Part shown: positions 39,201-54,602 of the stretch, piece after piece
Layout of the letters: every line of letters starts with the position of its first letter
Numbering within the stretch: position 1 is the first letter of the stretch
Assembly (NCBI GenBank): GCA_051362555.1
Contig: CM120640.1
Coordinates: 13,206,001-13,270,000, forward strand
Direction of reading: 5' to 3'
DNA from: Lingula anatina
Lineage: Eukaryota > Animalia > Brachiopoda
DNA: 64,000 nt
Position numbers and translations under genes: made by a program
The notes under the pieces: generated by a model
Seen by the model: the letters and a program-made list of their open reading frames with translations, nothing else
The model's database searches: none
What the model was told of the DNA's origin: nothing

Positions 39201-42200
39201 GCATCAAGAGTTTAAAAAGAACATATACAAAATTGTTAGAGGGTTGTCACACTTCTTGATTTCTCTTCACTTTCAACTAATAAGATCAATATTACTCAAA
39301 GCAGCATAGAATGCAGAATACAATCACACTTCAGGTTAATTTGGAACAACACAGTTGTTAGAGCTATTTACCAATCCTTTTTCAATTTGATTAATCTATA
39401 AAATTAAGCACTTAACATGTTATTACTCACAATGATCACAATACATGTTAGTATTATACATAAACATTCACTACTAGCACATTTAAGCAACTGCTATGTC
39501 ACAATATATGTAACTATTTACTTTGACATTTAATTCATTTCACATACAAATCTAGTTAAGCATACCACTATTATTATGGTAAAATGAAAAAATAATAAAA
39601 TATTACATACAAAGACACAGCTTTCTGCCATTAGGACCTGAAATTGCCAGAATGGTCTACCACATGGCCTACATGCATTCATATAAAAAAATTACATATA
39701 TGTTGAAAAGCTCTCAAATTAAATATAAACTACAGAGGTCATGTGGGCACTGACCTTGGTTTTATCTGGATCACAGTAGTCCAGCAGAGTATCACAGAAG
39801 TGGTAGCCCATGGCCTCAAAGTCAGCAGTACTAAAGTGGTACCCCTTCATCTTGCCAAGGGTAGAACCAGCAAATGTTGCCTAGAGTAGAGTATGTATAA
39901 CATTTTTTTCTTACATTTGTTTGTTTTCTGTACATGTCAATACATATACCTACTTACATGTGAACTTTACTAAGCTTCACACCCCTTTAAATGGTAACAA
40001 CATAATTTAAGATAATGGCCATGCCTTAATTCTCTTTAATTCATAATCAGATCAATATGCATAATCACTATAAGAGTAAACCAACCTCCATAGTGTAGCT
40101 GTTCATTATCCCCATGTTCCAGATCACTATGCGTCCTGTGCCCTCTTTGCTCTTTTGAACTTTGAACTTGCAGTACTCATAAGAAAACTAGAAACAAAAA
40201 CCATGAAATATTAAGACAGCAAGAGAAAATGGTAATTTACAGAAAAAAACAACTAATTCCTTGGTAACAGTAATGAAATACATGAAAAAAAAAATATTCA
40301 TCTTACATTGTGTGATTGTGCAGTTTGCAGTCTTTTTATTAAATGGTATACTTTCCTTACAGGTAAGGTATCAAATATGCAACATTATAATAACAATGTT
40401 TGTGGAAACAATGCAAACAACTCACTTTGTCTGAGGCATTCTTGCTGAGCATTACTGGGAAGACCCTCTCTCTAAATCTCTTGTCTGGATTGTACTTGTT
40501 TTCACAGCCGTAGATGAACACATTCATCTTCCTGCTGTGTCCATGGAGATCACAGTATGTGACAATCTCATGCTCATCTTTCAATCTAGAAAATAAGTTG
40601 AACACAAGTTGTTTTTATTTTCTAATGATCATGAAAACCCTTCATATGAACCACCTCTTGGCAATATGTATAAATTCACATACAGACTGTAAAGTCAATT
40701 TTATTTCTATTAAAATGTTAGTCAGTTTCATTTAATTTTTTTTTCTTATAATGATTATCATTTAAATCATTTTCTGAGTGTGAAAAAAATTTAATTTCAA
40801 TATTTTCTCACAAAGAAAATTTCACTCACAAGTATGGTAAATCAACATTTCAAAAAGTTGTTTAATTTTTTTATTATTTAACTTACTTTCTAATCATGGC
40901 CTTTGTGTGCCATATGGAGGGAAAAGAATCTTTTAGGATAGTTTTGTAATTTCTGTTGAGGTCTCGCCCAGAGAGGGAACAGCGATAGTTCCCCACTATC
41001 ACTCCATCTGGGTTCAACATTGGCACAACTTTGAAGATGAATGTGTCACGTAAGAGCTGGAAGAAAAATTACACTTTTTGGGATAAAGTTGCATATAAAA
41101 AAGAAACAAAATATAAAAGAATGAATTGGGCTCATTTGACTGAAAGTTCCTAGAGAAAACAAGTGGTTCAAATTTTTTAAAGTCAAATATCCATATGTTC
41201 AAAGTGACAGCTTATAAAACTCATCAAATAATCTTAATGTTTAAAAAATGTATTGAGATACTTGCAGTGATGATACTTTCCACAAAGATGTGATTGCCAG
41301 AGAATGACTACAGGTTTAATTCAAATATAAGAATTAATATACTCTTCTCTAACCTTGGCATCAGGTGAAGTCCCAGTAAGGAAGTCCAGGAAGCCTTTCA
41401 TCATCCAGCTAGCATTAGTTTCTCCAGGGTGGACCCTGCTAGTTAGCACCACTGCCTTCTTCAGCTACAGATAACCAACATAATAATAATATCAATTATC
41501 AAATAATGTCAGTATATATCATCTCCAATATTTTACAACAAGCACTAAAAGTCCATAGAGTATAACTGTATATAACTGACAATAGAAAAGTTTGACATAT
41601 AAGGCAGAATTCAACATTAAACTGAATATTTCAAGATAATCTGGAGAAGATGTCTGGGATTTCTTAACTCACCTTTCTTGCTTTACTATCATGTCCCTGG
41701 GTGGCTGACACAGGAGAAGTTATGGTGAGAACATAGACTAGATTTCCTGCCAAAGTACGACACAGCACCCTTTGTTTGCAGATCCGTGACTTGATTGGAT
41801 CATTTGCAATGTTCATAAGATATTCCTGCAATACAATTTATATAGGACAATAGCTTTAGTTTTGGTTTTCAAATAAACACAAAATCATTACATTATATCT
41901 AGGACTAAAACTACTCATTTTAGATATGAAAAAAACTCTTAGCCACCAATAGCATTATTTCACAAATTTTGGCAAAAGAAAAAATATCCCTAAGCAAACT
42001 TGAAAGATGTACAACTCCAATTCAATGCACCCTTCACTAGGTCACACCCACCTGTAAGTCTGAGTATGTATATGGATAGCAGTGAGCAAAGTAGCAAGTG
42101 TCATCCTTGTACTGAGCCTGCCATGTCCAGGTTAGACTGTAGTAATTCCTCTCACCTCCTTTGCCAAAATTATACCTATATAAACAAATTGCAACTTCAG

Positions 42201-45200
42201 AATTAATTCAGGACATTCCTAAAACTAATCAAAATATCAAAAGTCACCAAACAAATAAATTCATTTAACTGATTGAACAAGCACTTACTTTAGATTATTC
42301 CTGTAGTATTTGATTTCTGAGCCTGCCCTAACCCAGCCAATTTTGTTGTTGGCAGCATTCTTATCACTGTACATGCAGGGTTTCATGCCATTGTTGTACA
42401 GGCTGTCAGGCTGAAAGCAGACACAAAAATCTCACTGGAAACTTCTCAGCTACTGAAGAAATATTTTCAGATAATAACATGACATATTCAGTGTGATAAA
42501 ACAAAACATACACAGTTTTGTTTCATTCCCTTAAGTTTGCTTTGAGAATAATTAATTAAGCCACCAAAGAAAAGTTGTTATTGGAACTGTTTTAGGAGGC
42601 AGTGTCATGGAAATGTAGACTGTTGATGACGTTAATGCCAGCAAGCCTGACAGAACTTGATAATGGTAAAAATCTAAATAAAAGAATGGGTAATGCCACA
42701 CTTGCTATCACTTCGTAGATGTTTTATGATATGATTCAAATTACAGTGTTCTGACCTTCATGAAGTTGACAATGGTGAACCGGTATTTGACATTTGGTCT
42801 GGTGTTGGAGAGACGGAAGTAAAACCACTGTGTGTGCTTGTTAGTGTACAAGTCATTCCTCAACCACAGTTCATACTCATAGTCTCCACTGGAAAATAAA
42901 ACAACAGAATAATAAAATTACACAGAGAAATATGACACAGGTTTTTTAAATTCCACAATTCATCATTACACCTGCACCGTTTAGTGCCTAAAGTGAAAGT
43001 TTTGCCAAAATGGATTTATCACGTGTTGAACAAAAAAGTTAAAAGGTTCTTTACATATGAACAGACAATTAAATGATCACTGCTATTCATTCCATAATAT
43101 TATTCAAACATGCTAGAGCTGGCAGACAATTATTGATTACGTGCTATGGTTGCCACTAGAGGAAGGACAATATAATTTGAAACGTGATAACATTAACAAT
43201 TCCTAAAAACAAACTTACACTTTGTACACCTTGAAAAGGTTTCCACTTTCAAACCTGGACTCAAAGACTAGGGTGGTGTCATCTGGAGACTGAGGCTTGT
43301 GAGCATAGGCTGTACTGGAAAGAGGATTTCTCAACCCACCAACTCGAGACTTCATGAACTAAAATGAAACCAAGAAATATTCTGTGTATGAAATCTACTA
43401 CAACTATTTGTAACTGTGAGTTTACTGGTGCTAATGTATGTAGACACATCATCAGCATGGACAGACACACCTGTCAGAATCAATATACCACTTCTTCATG
43501 TACATTTATGAATAATAGCATACATGTACAGCTGCATAAAACAAATATCATTTTGTCTCATTTAATATTAATTTATTATGACAATATGAAACTTTTGAAC
43601 TTACTTTTTGCATATTTTCATTACTTCTTGCAATGTTGCAGCAATAAACTTTTATTAACTTATTATCTAAAATGCATGTTATATACTTTTAAATGTTACA
43701 GTATAAAATATCATCCCTGCTCAAACATGCAGATAATTCTTGTTGCCACTACTAAGAAACATGTATTAAGTACAATATAAGACTTACAAATGGTCCTGGT
43801 TGTGGATCATAGTAATAAACACAGAGGCCTTCATCCTCTCCCTTAGCAAGAGGCCTTAGTTCTGAGCCAGCTGAAAAAATAGGCAATCTGAATTATCATG
43901 TAATTCTTAAAATAATTTTCAATATTAGTCAAATCCTTCAAATTTATACAATTAAAAAACATTAAAAGCTAATCATTAATATGATCTGAAAACTGAAGTT
44001 TGACAGCAGTGCTACATTTACATGAAAAATTCTGTGTAGTAAGTATGCCTTCTATACTTACTTACATGTATGTATATCATAAAGACAACTAAAAATACAA
44101 TAAAAGCGCTAAATTGGAACCAAGCCACTTAACTACAGATTATACAAATATGAACCAGTTGGATCCTGGTAACTACAATACACATCTTTTAAATGATCTG
44201 ATGCAATTTTATTTTCATTTGTGCAAACACTTACTTGGACGGTAGAATTCTTCAGGTTCAGGTGGCACATAACTGATGTGTTTTATCAGTTCATCCAGCA
44301 CTTCAATTTCTGATGGCCTGCGAATAAAACCAAAAGTGAAGTAAAATCTGCCATTCATTTTATGAATAAAGATTAAGAACCAATTTGAAAGTCAACAGAC
44401 AATCAAATTTTAACTTAGAATTATGCACTGTTCAGCATTGCCACAGTCAAGCTTGTTTGAACTTCTCCATTACATATTGTCCCCCTTCAAATCTGCAACA
44501 CTGTCGAGAACAGACAGGTGAAAATGACTCCAAGTGACAACTGCAAGTTAAATTGTTCTCTGCCCTTGACAATCATCTATTCATCTGTTTGTTATTAACA
44601 ACAAAACTCCTGTTGTCACTGCTCAGTAAACATTTCATCCTCAATTACCTCCACCTTAACACATACGACATTGTGTTGGTTTTCTTCATTGTTTTTCTGA
44701 TCAATTTTACAACATTGCCATTGCCCATCAGAAAGGATTGAGATGGCTTGTTGAAGTCTTAAATTGTCTTCTAGAATCTTTATAACATACATAGATCTAC
44801 AGTGTACATGTACTTCAATCTTGTATTGCTAAACTAAAGTATAATCAATAAAATTAAAATAGTATGCTCTCCTATTGTATCCAGATTAAAAGAATTGCAC
44901 CAATATGATCCAACTCATCAATATATTCTTGTTTAAAACAGAATTTGGTCATTATAACATGAAAATCTTTTGAATAAGGACCCAGCACTGTTACTATGCC
45001 TCCAATTATTTTCGTAATTTTCACAGCACTAATGATAGAATACGTGCTATCTATCAATTAAATACAATGCACGACAATTACTTCATTTCCGTAGTATTGA
45101 GATGTTGGGGCTGTATATTAATGAATCCTTGCAGAGTATGACAGCTATTCTGAATAGACAATCCATAAAAATCTAACAAGTCCATTATAGACACCTGTGC

Positions 45201-48200
45201 TGGGCTTTCATGTGCATGGGTATTGATTTTCTAGGAGACATCAGTGAGGTGAAAAGACTGTGATAAATTGAACAAACCTAGTGGAAAGGGAAATTATATG
45301 TAACTGGGTGTTTTTACCATTGTATAAACATGTGCTTATAATAGCCATATGGTACAAAACTGCAAAACCATCCATCATTAAATTAATCCCTTTGTAAAAA
45401 AATCGTCAATGACCTGAAACCTCTATATAATAACGCTTTTCACAGTCAATTGCCTAGATTTCTCATCCTTCACTAATAATATAATTGAAGGACTGAACTT
45501 TTTAAAGCCAAATTTTGATAAAGTACATCATCAAAATCATCTTACCCTCAGACAAGATATTTGCCTACACTGTGTCTGATACTCTATACATGTAGGGAAG
45601 CACACCTGACACTGAAGATAAAGTTTGAGCTGATGAAACTGATAAAGGAAGTTAGTATTGTCTGATTTCTATTCACTGTCATATTTCAATTCATTTCCAT
45701 TACATGTGCTGCTATACCTGAGCCCTGTGGCATTAAGATGGTGGCTAACCACCCCCCTACAGTTAATTGGACTGGTAAGTCTCTGGGGGATTGAAACAAA
45801 ACATGCATTCAATATACATGTATGTGTTGAAATATTCATGTGGAAAAAAACTGACATGCATGCATACTTGACTTATGATACCTGTCATATGTATCATTTA
45901 TCACCTGCACTGTTGCAAATACCAAGAGCTATTTGCAAAAGTTTTTTTTATAAAAAAATGCATTGGACGGTGGACCACATTTTGAACTTTTTCCAAGCCA
46001 TTAAGTATAAATAAATAAACAAAAATATCAATAAATGAATTACGCGACTAAACCCACAGTCAAAATTTATATGTGAACAACATGTCACTTAGCTGGGGTT
46101 TCAAAGGTACCTAAAAAACTGTCACCTTGATATTCAAGTTATCATCTCTGTGTATATTTATATATAAAAATGCAGCATAGATCTATTTTGAAATAGAAGA
46201 TGGCAATATATCCAATAGGTTTTAGCACAAATAACAAAACATTTCTCAAGGGAGGGAGGTTGGAGGACTGTTTCCTCTCATTATCTAGGCACTTAGAACA
46301 CAACTCACCATCTTGCAGCCTGTTGTGGTCCAAACTCCATTGCATACAGCTGCCTGGGCTCCCGTAACCTGGGCACCTGGAACAGTTGATACAAATGTAA
46401 GATCCAATAATTCATCTTTTAATCAAGCGGCCAACATTCTTAAATAACAGCTGTCAAAGACACACTTTCCTTTTTTTTTGCCTCAGAGATATACCATTAT
46501 ATACAATAGGACTTCCATCATTTCTATACTAATACAGTACATTGTATATTCAACTTCAACTTTCTTTGTAAATTTATTTTAATGTTTTACTTTCTTTTAT
46601 TTCTTTTTTTCCCTTGTACATTTTTTAGCAATGTTTCTTGAATAATCAGGAAAGTAACTGAAAAGTTCAAGATCCCTACCATTTTCCCGGCCTGGTAACT
46701 GTATACCAACTGAGTTGTTCTTGTGAAATCATCCCGAAACAGGTCTAAAAAATGTTTTAAAATCTAAATTAAAATCAATATCAACATTCTGCCTAATATG
46801 TATAATTGATGTGTTTTTCAAGAATAGCAGATATTCTCAAAAAAAGAGCCTATCTTTTAATTTAAAAATTATAAAGAAAGGCGGTAAAATATTGAAGCAA
46901 GTAGGCAGCTGAATTGAAATAAAGCTAGAGCTGAAGCATAAAATTCTACCCAAAGCTTTCCAATTATCTGTGTCACAATACATATTTTGATCAAACAAAA
47001 AATCACAAGCATATAAAAAAAAGCCATAGCAATACCATGATAACAAGCATCTGACCAAAATAATAATAATAATAATAATAATAATATGAAATATAGTCAC
47101 CAGGTACTTTTTGCTTACTAGTAACCATAATCTTTTTTCATTTTAAAACAAAGGTGTTGCCTTTATAATAGTCATTATCAACATGTGTACAACACTGATG
47201 TTTAAATAGCAGTTTAAAAAGTATAAATCTGAGCTCATGCATGCTGGTTTTTTATGGCGAAATGTTGATGAACTTCAGCTAAACTGGTGAAATAAAATTT
47301 CAAAAACAATTGAGAAGATGCATTTGGATGTTTTGAATGAATAAAGAAAGCAAAGCCAACTCTTGGCATACAGTGAAAGTATTGAGGGCACAATCAAAAG
47401 TTGTTAAACAGAATAATTCTGAGTAATTATTGAGCCCCTGTATCTTTTAACTAGATTTTCACAATACATCAACTTCACAAAAGCATTTGGAAACATTTCA
47501 CACTTTTAATGCATAAGTGAAAAATATACAGTGTTTAAAATTCAACTTCTGCCACCATATTATAACCCCTGTCAATGCCATTACACCTTATTACTACCAT
47601 CTTTCTGAAGTGTTAGCCCTTGATTTTATCAGTTTCTTGTGAACTAGCAAATACTATGTATACATGACTAGAATAACTGCACAACCTGATATCTATGAGA
47701 ATCAAGCTTAGAGTCACTCCACAAAATATGTTTTTGTTTGTGCATAATTTAAAATTCTAAATGCGCATATCTATTATAAGCTTTACAAAAAAGGTCCCCT
47801 TCACAAGTCTGAAAAGTTACCACAACAATCGGGTTTTCTCAATTATATTATTATTGCAGACTTCATCAGAATGAAACTACCGGTCAGAGAGAATCAACCA
47901 TTATAACTGATTCCTTTCAGCAGCAAATTTGGAAATCTTAAGCCTGGATAAACATCAGAGAGCTTTCTGTGCGACAGTTAATGCAAATATTAGTTTGCTA
48001 TTCAGCTAACATGATCACAGTGGACCTGTGCTAAGCCAGTGAGCAAACAGTTGAAGTCAGGGTTACCCTTTGGGCATAACAAGCCACTAGTAACACTTGC
48101 TGCTCACCTCATAATGTTTCATAGAAGAGTTCTGGCAATAATAATACATCGACTTTTCAATCTACATGACATACAGAAGAAACATAACTATTTTCTTTTA

Positions 48201-51200
48201 AAGTAATCCATAATCAATGCATAATCAATCAAGGTAAAAATCTGCCCACCCCCCTTCCCCACCAACATGCACATAAATTTTATGTACATGTACATAGATC
48301 AAATTCATACAATATGAATGACCTCTAACCCAGGAAGGTAAGTGGTCTATCTTTTTTTTTATCAGAGGCTATACACTTTCCTACCTTACAATCAATCTTT
48401 CTAATGAGTCTTTGAGATAAGGAGAGTGTATTAAAAGTTCAAATATTTACTTTAAAATATTTTGTAATGGTTTATGCACCTGCCCTGTATATATGTACAG
48501 ATAAGGTAATACCTGTATTACATAGTGTGTCCTCATCTTCATCCTCATCATAACCATCGTCATTATCTTCACAATTACAATCAACATTATATATCAAAGG
48601 AAACCCAACAAATTCTCTGTACACATCCATTACAAGAACGGCATGTATCTCTCTTTCTTTAGACAGGTGATCTAATGGAAACAATACATTGTTTCCTTCC
48701 AGGATTTCCTTGATATTGAGTTGGTGTTGGAAGGGGGAGAGGGTAGATGAGAAACATTCAAACTAACAAACGATCAAAGTACATTCTATTTGAGTGGCCA
48801 TTTTTACATGTATCCTTGCCCGGAGGCCTGTTTGCTTAGCATTCCCTTTCAAACTATTGTCCTTTCTTCTTATGTTTTATTACAAAACAGTCAATGTGAT
48901 CTGTCAGTAGATACTAGATTTCCCATTGCCATCCCCTCCACTGGATAATAATATCATGCAATTGATTTTGGTTAAACCCTGGGTGAATCTTACACAGAAA
49001 CCACATGCTAAAGCCAGTGGATTAACCATGCACTTGCTGTACACTAAGATTTGACAGGGGAACTTGAAATCCCTCAGAAATCAATGTAAGCACTAGACTA
49101 ACCCTCATTGATCTTCTTATATATTGTTACAACACTGAAATCCCCTAAACCAACCTGTCCTTTACTGGAACTATCAGTAATTCATTGTTAATTCTTAGAA
49201 TAAGTTACAGACAGTACACTATTCAGAACCCTTCTTTATAAAATTCCACATCCATCAAACACACAATTCCCATGACTGAAATAATTTTCTCCTACGCCTC
49301 ACTCTTATAATTATAGGACATGTTGAAAATCAATAAGATTAGATCTAAGGAAAATAGTGTACAGTTAAAATTCAACCTATTTGATATTCAATTTACTGCC
49401 AATGAATGCACTTTCATGCAGTCTAAAAGGCAAAGCAATAATGTTTGTCAGACAAGACAAGGAGCACAAACCTCCCTATTTAGATACTATATAATGGCAT
49501 ACTACCACGTATAGCTAGCCAGAGCACCCAAGCACAGCTCCCAGGATTCTAAGCTGCAGCTCACAGCCACTTACTATTACAATCACTGCTGTTGGCAGAT
49601 TTTTCTTGAACACTGTTACTGTCGTCATCATTATCATCATCAGTTCCCTGCTCACTGGTACTGAGATAGAGTTCTGAGACAGAACTTCTGCCACTTTGTA
49701 CTATCTTTTCCCTATTTATGCCACCTTTTTGGTAGTGAAAGAACATTTTGCAAGGTTTCAAGCATGAAACTACAGGTTTTACACAAATTCACATGTATTA
49801 CTGGGTCAAATGTATCTAAAATATTAGGCAAGGCAAAACTTTTGCCACCAGGAGCTGCCTGTATGCTGTAAAGCTTTGGGTCAAAACACAAAAAAGGACT
49901 TTTTTGCAAAGCCTTCTATTTCCATCTGCTTTCACCAAACTAACAGGTATGTATTAACCCTCTTTTAATTTAACTTATTACTTAAATGGACAATTTAAAT
50001 ATGCAATAATTCAAACATAAAACTTAAGCATTGGTAACATCACTTAATAAAGAAAAAATTCTCTTCTTTGAAAATAAAAATAATTAGTAAGAGAGCAAGA
50101 AATCTGTTAGTGTTAAAAATACTATAATACAGAATGAATACATGTACTTACTGTCTTTATTTTCAGCCTCATCTTCAGAATCACTGGAATCACTGCTGCT
50201 GACATCGTAGCTATAGGTCTTATCCCACTCACGGAATGTTAGAAGGTTAGAGGAATAGCGCTCATTTCGACCTGCAAGAAAAAAGGTATAAGTGTGGTCA
50301 AATGATTATTAAATTTTAACTATTGTGCCTTAAATTTAATCTTAAATCAATTCAGAAATAACAAAACTGTTGAGTGATAAACCAAAAGTAAATATGATAA
50401 TACTTGTAAATTGTAAATTTCTCAGTCTAACTAAGCACATCTTGGTTGGTCAAATTATGGAATTATTAGTCAAACAATTAATCTGTAATTACCTATGAAG
50501 CACTACATTCTAAAATAGAAAATACAAGATTTGCCTTGTCTGAAATACCCTTTTAAGTGCATATTTACAATGAAGTTACCCCATCTCGATTCTGCCAAAA
50601 CAAAAATTGTTTCAGTGTTTTCACTAAAAAACTCACCCTTTTTGAAACTCAACTCTATCTCATGAAACCACATTTTAGCATTCTCAAATGGTTCAGTCCA
50701 TGTGTTATATGAACATCCAACCTCAGATCCTCAAACCGTATTCACCGGCCATGGGTCCGAGCCCTAGCTGTCTAACAAATCTAATGCTGCACTTGAACTG
50801 AGTCAATCGAACAACAAAATAAACACAGCCTATTCAGTAACTTGAGAGGCAGTCTTGCACCAATACTGAAGCAGTTTATGCTCAATCAAGATTCAAAGCA
50901 AAATTATTGCCAAATCAAATGACACTAACAGAAATTCTTCCCTCACTGCATGAGTTATATCACCCAAGTGGCACACTGATATAAAAGAGAAGAACATAGC
51001 GACAGAGGTAATAAGTAGTAAAATTGCTTTTCTAGGCACAGCAGTGAAAGGCTAACACTTCACCTGACTTTAATGTATGCAACGTCGGACTGAAGGATTT
51101 AATGGCCAACAAAAATAATCGAAGCATTGAAAACAACCTGAATAACTAAATGCCATTTTATTTGCTCAGAACTGTTAAGCCTAGTCTCCTGAGTAAATAG

Positions 51201-54200
51201 TGCACTTAATAAATGAATGTCTTTAAGAATAACGTATTCAACATTTGAAAAAAGAGAAAATGACATATAGCTACCTGAAAAACATCGTGTCAAATGGAAT
51301 TGATCATCACATAACAGAGCAGTTTCCTTTATTCTTATTTTAGTCACTTCACATTTGAAATCTAAGCTAACCCCGCTGTCAAGTTTCAGTAAGAAAAAAG
51401 ACATTGTTAAGAAAAACATATAAAAATAAAAAAAATGGTCTTTTCAATAACAAGGATTACAGACATCAAATTAACAAGTGCTATACCTTTTTAAGATTGA
51501 CATATTATGAATTTACATCAACACATAAACCAAATTATTATTAATTACATTTAGTAATGATAATGGTATGAATGTATTTTAATTATGTCCTCTCATACAG
51601 CTAGATAATTTGGGTAATTAATGAAATCGTAAACACCAGCCATATATATTTAACTCCATTCTTCAACTTGTACATATAATTGATCAATTCTACTGTCCAA
51701 ACTTGAATTTATGCTGAAAAGCTGAAAGTGCCAAAGGCAGATTTTTCTATTCTATGAAGAGTTTACCATTTATGCTGTGTAAACTGGCTTTTGAATTATA
51801 AGTTACATGCTTTGCTGTAGTTGAGTAAATCCTACTGGGCAGTCTTATGATTGTGTTGAAGCACACCTAACACACTGGACTTGCCCCAATGCAAATTCTC
51901 ATTCTCAACGCGCATTCTCAACGAATTAAGCCAGGCTTTACAAAGCCGGTGACCTAAAAATGGCCGACGTACATGAAAGAAAAACCGCCTAATCTTTTAA
52001 TAGTCTCTCCGTCTCCCCACACGTCGTCCCTGCGGGGTACAGTAATTAAATCGCATCTCCGTTCGCCATGCGGAAGCTACCTGAGAAATATTAAGTGCGC
52101 ATGCTCTTCTGTTCTATTATCTTTGAAAACAGAGACGAAAAAGGAATAATTTGGCCCGTAGAGCAGCAATGAATCGACTATCTACGGAGATAATATCACC
52201 AGAGATATTCACGGAAATATTAATGTTCGGAGCCGAGATTTAATTACTGTACCCTGCAGGGACGACGTGTGGGGAGGCGTGTGAGAGGCGGAGAGACTAT
52301 TAAAAGATTAGGCGGTTTTTCTTTCATGTACGTCCGACATTTTTAGGTCACCGGCTTTGTAAAGCCTGGCTTAATTCGTTGAGAATGCGCTCTTACTAAC
52401 AAGGTTCTAAATGTAAAAATATTAAAATTCAACACTAGTAAATGCAGTTTTTATGTTCAATTTGATGCAAAAAAAAATGTGTGTCCTTTGATGCAAAAAA
52501 ATATGTATCAATCAAACATATATATGTTTTTGAAGTTTAAGGCTATCCAAAACAAAATTCATATCTGCTGTAAAAATGACTGCCAAAAAATAATAAGAGT
52601 AGGTTTTGGAGGTGCCAGAAAATAGTCTTAGAGATAAAATAATGGCAATAAGCAGCAACTGAAGGCTGATAAGTCTAATGTTATTACATCCTTCTAGACC
52701 AAATGAATACTTAAATCCTCAGGATCAGGTAAGGTTCCTAGATGAGAGATAAGTCACCTAAAAACATCATATATCATCAAACTAATCCCATACTCGTACA
52801 TATTGATTATTTTTGTCTCCCTGAAGATCTAAGTCACTAGTTATGCAACCCTGAAAGTTCATTTACAGTAGGTACCAGTCAGTTAATCTATCAATTTGTA
52901 AGGTACATTTCACCACAATTTTAAAATGATTGTGCCCAAAAGTTACATATTAATAAACAGAGCTTATGACACTGTGCCTATGATTTCAGACAAAACTTAA
53001 AAGAATTCACTTTAATGATTCTGTTTGGTTTCTACATAAATGACTGTGCTAATATGTAGGAGGGTTTTTATCCTACTTTTGATTATGTACACAAAGCTAC
53101 ATTTGAAAAAAAAATCCAATATCTTTAAAATGCATAGGTTTATCCCTAATATTTTCCTAACACTGAACTCAATTAAGTTATCAGTGTATGGTTTATGATG
53201 CATAAAATTTCCTTATTTCAACTTCATAGTCTGTCTAAATACAAATGCATTCAGCTAGTACATGCAAACAAACCTTGAGAACCTTGTATTGTAATATATC
53301 ATAGCACAGCTATCCAAATACAATTACAGAAATGTATTAGTTGAATATAACATGCATATGATTATGCATTCATTTTTCTTTTATAAACTAGTTCGTCTAT
53401 TCTTTCATTCAATATAATGCAGCTTAGGTGTTTAAAGTGTCAGGTTATCAGAGTTCTATTCAGGGCAGTTTTATTCCCACCTACCAAAACATCTCCACAC
53501 AAAGATATCATAATCAAGTGGCTTATTATTGATCTAAGATTTTACTAGACACATACAGTGTAACTGGTGCTGCCACTCGATGAATAGTTCTGTGCATGTT
53601 CAATATTTGAATGTACAGAATGTTGGAAACACTGGAAAAAGTTGAACCTACATGTACTACCAAGGAATGGTGCAAAAAAAAGTTGAAAAGTAAAATTAAC
53701 TAAATTATGGCAAATTCCACCATTGCCTACGTTAAAAATTAGGGTTGATTTTCTTAGCAAGATTAATTTAAATTGTAATGTAATATCCTAGCTGCAGTTC
53801 TATGCATCCTTTCTAGAGACTGGTCTAGGCTCTTGCAGTCATAAACTGTAAGCCAGCAACTTAATGCAAAGTTTGCAAGAAATAAATTTTCCAGTACTTG
53901 TGATTGTTAGCACTACATTCTTGGGTGGGACTGTTAAGAATTAATCAAATGTTATTATATACCATGTAAACAAGATATAATTCTATGGTTGAGTAGTGCA
54001 CTAAATATGTTATGATCTAGTTATGAATTAAAGGAGAAAAATCAATGAAACAGTACTAGGTACATTAGCTCAATAATGCCTCCTACTTAAATGTACCACA
54101 GTTAAAGTGACAGCTTTAGTTTTATCTTTTACCCCATTTTATATCAACATATTAGATGATACCAAAGCATCAAGTAGGTTGCTAAAAGCTTTATGTTATC

Positions 54201-54534
54201 TTGAATTGGCATTATTTAACAATTTATACATTCGCAACAATTCATTTAATCAATATTGTGTCTCTGCATGTCATCTGCATTTCAGTATTTGTCCTTGGGC
54301 CATTATGTGAACAATACCAGATTCTGAAAAATACCAGGGTCTCCGTCTGATCTATATACCCACCAGAAGTTATGTGGATTTTTAATGTTCTGAAAGTTAC
54401 ACTCCTGACCTTAGCAAATATGTGCCTCAATGCCCAATCAATATATATTTCCTTCCTGCCATAGTAAAAACCAATATGCCTAATAAGTCTATATTTTACC
54501 TAAGGCACCTAGCTACCAATAACAGGCCAGGATT

Positions 54535-54602
<68 letters not shown>

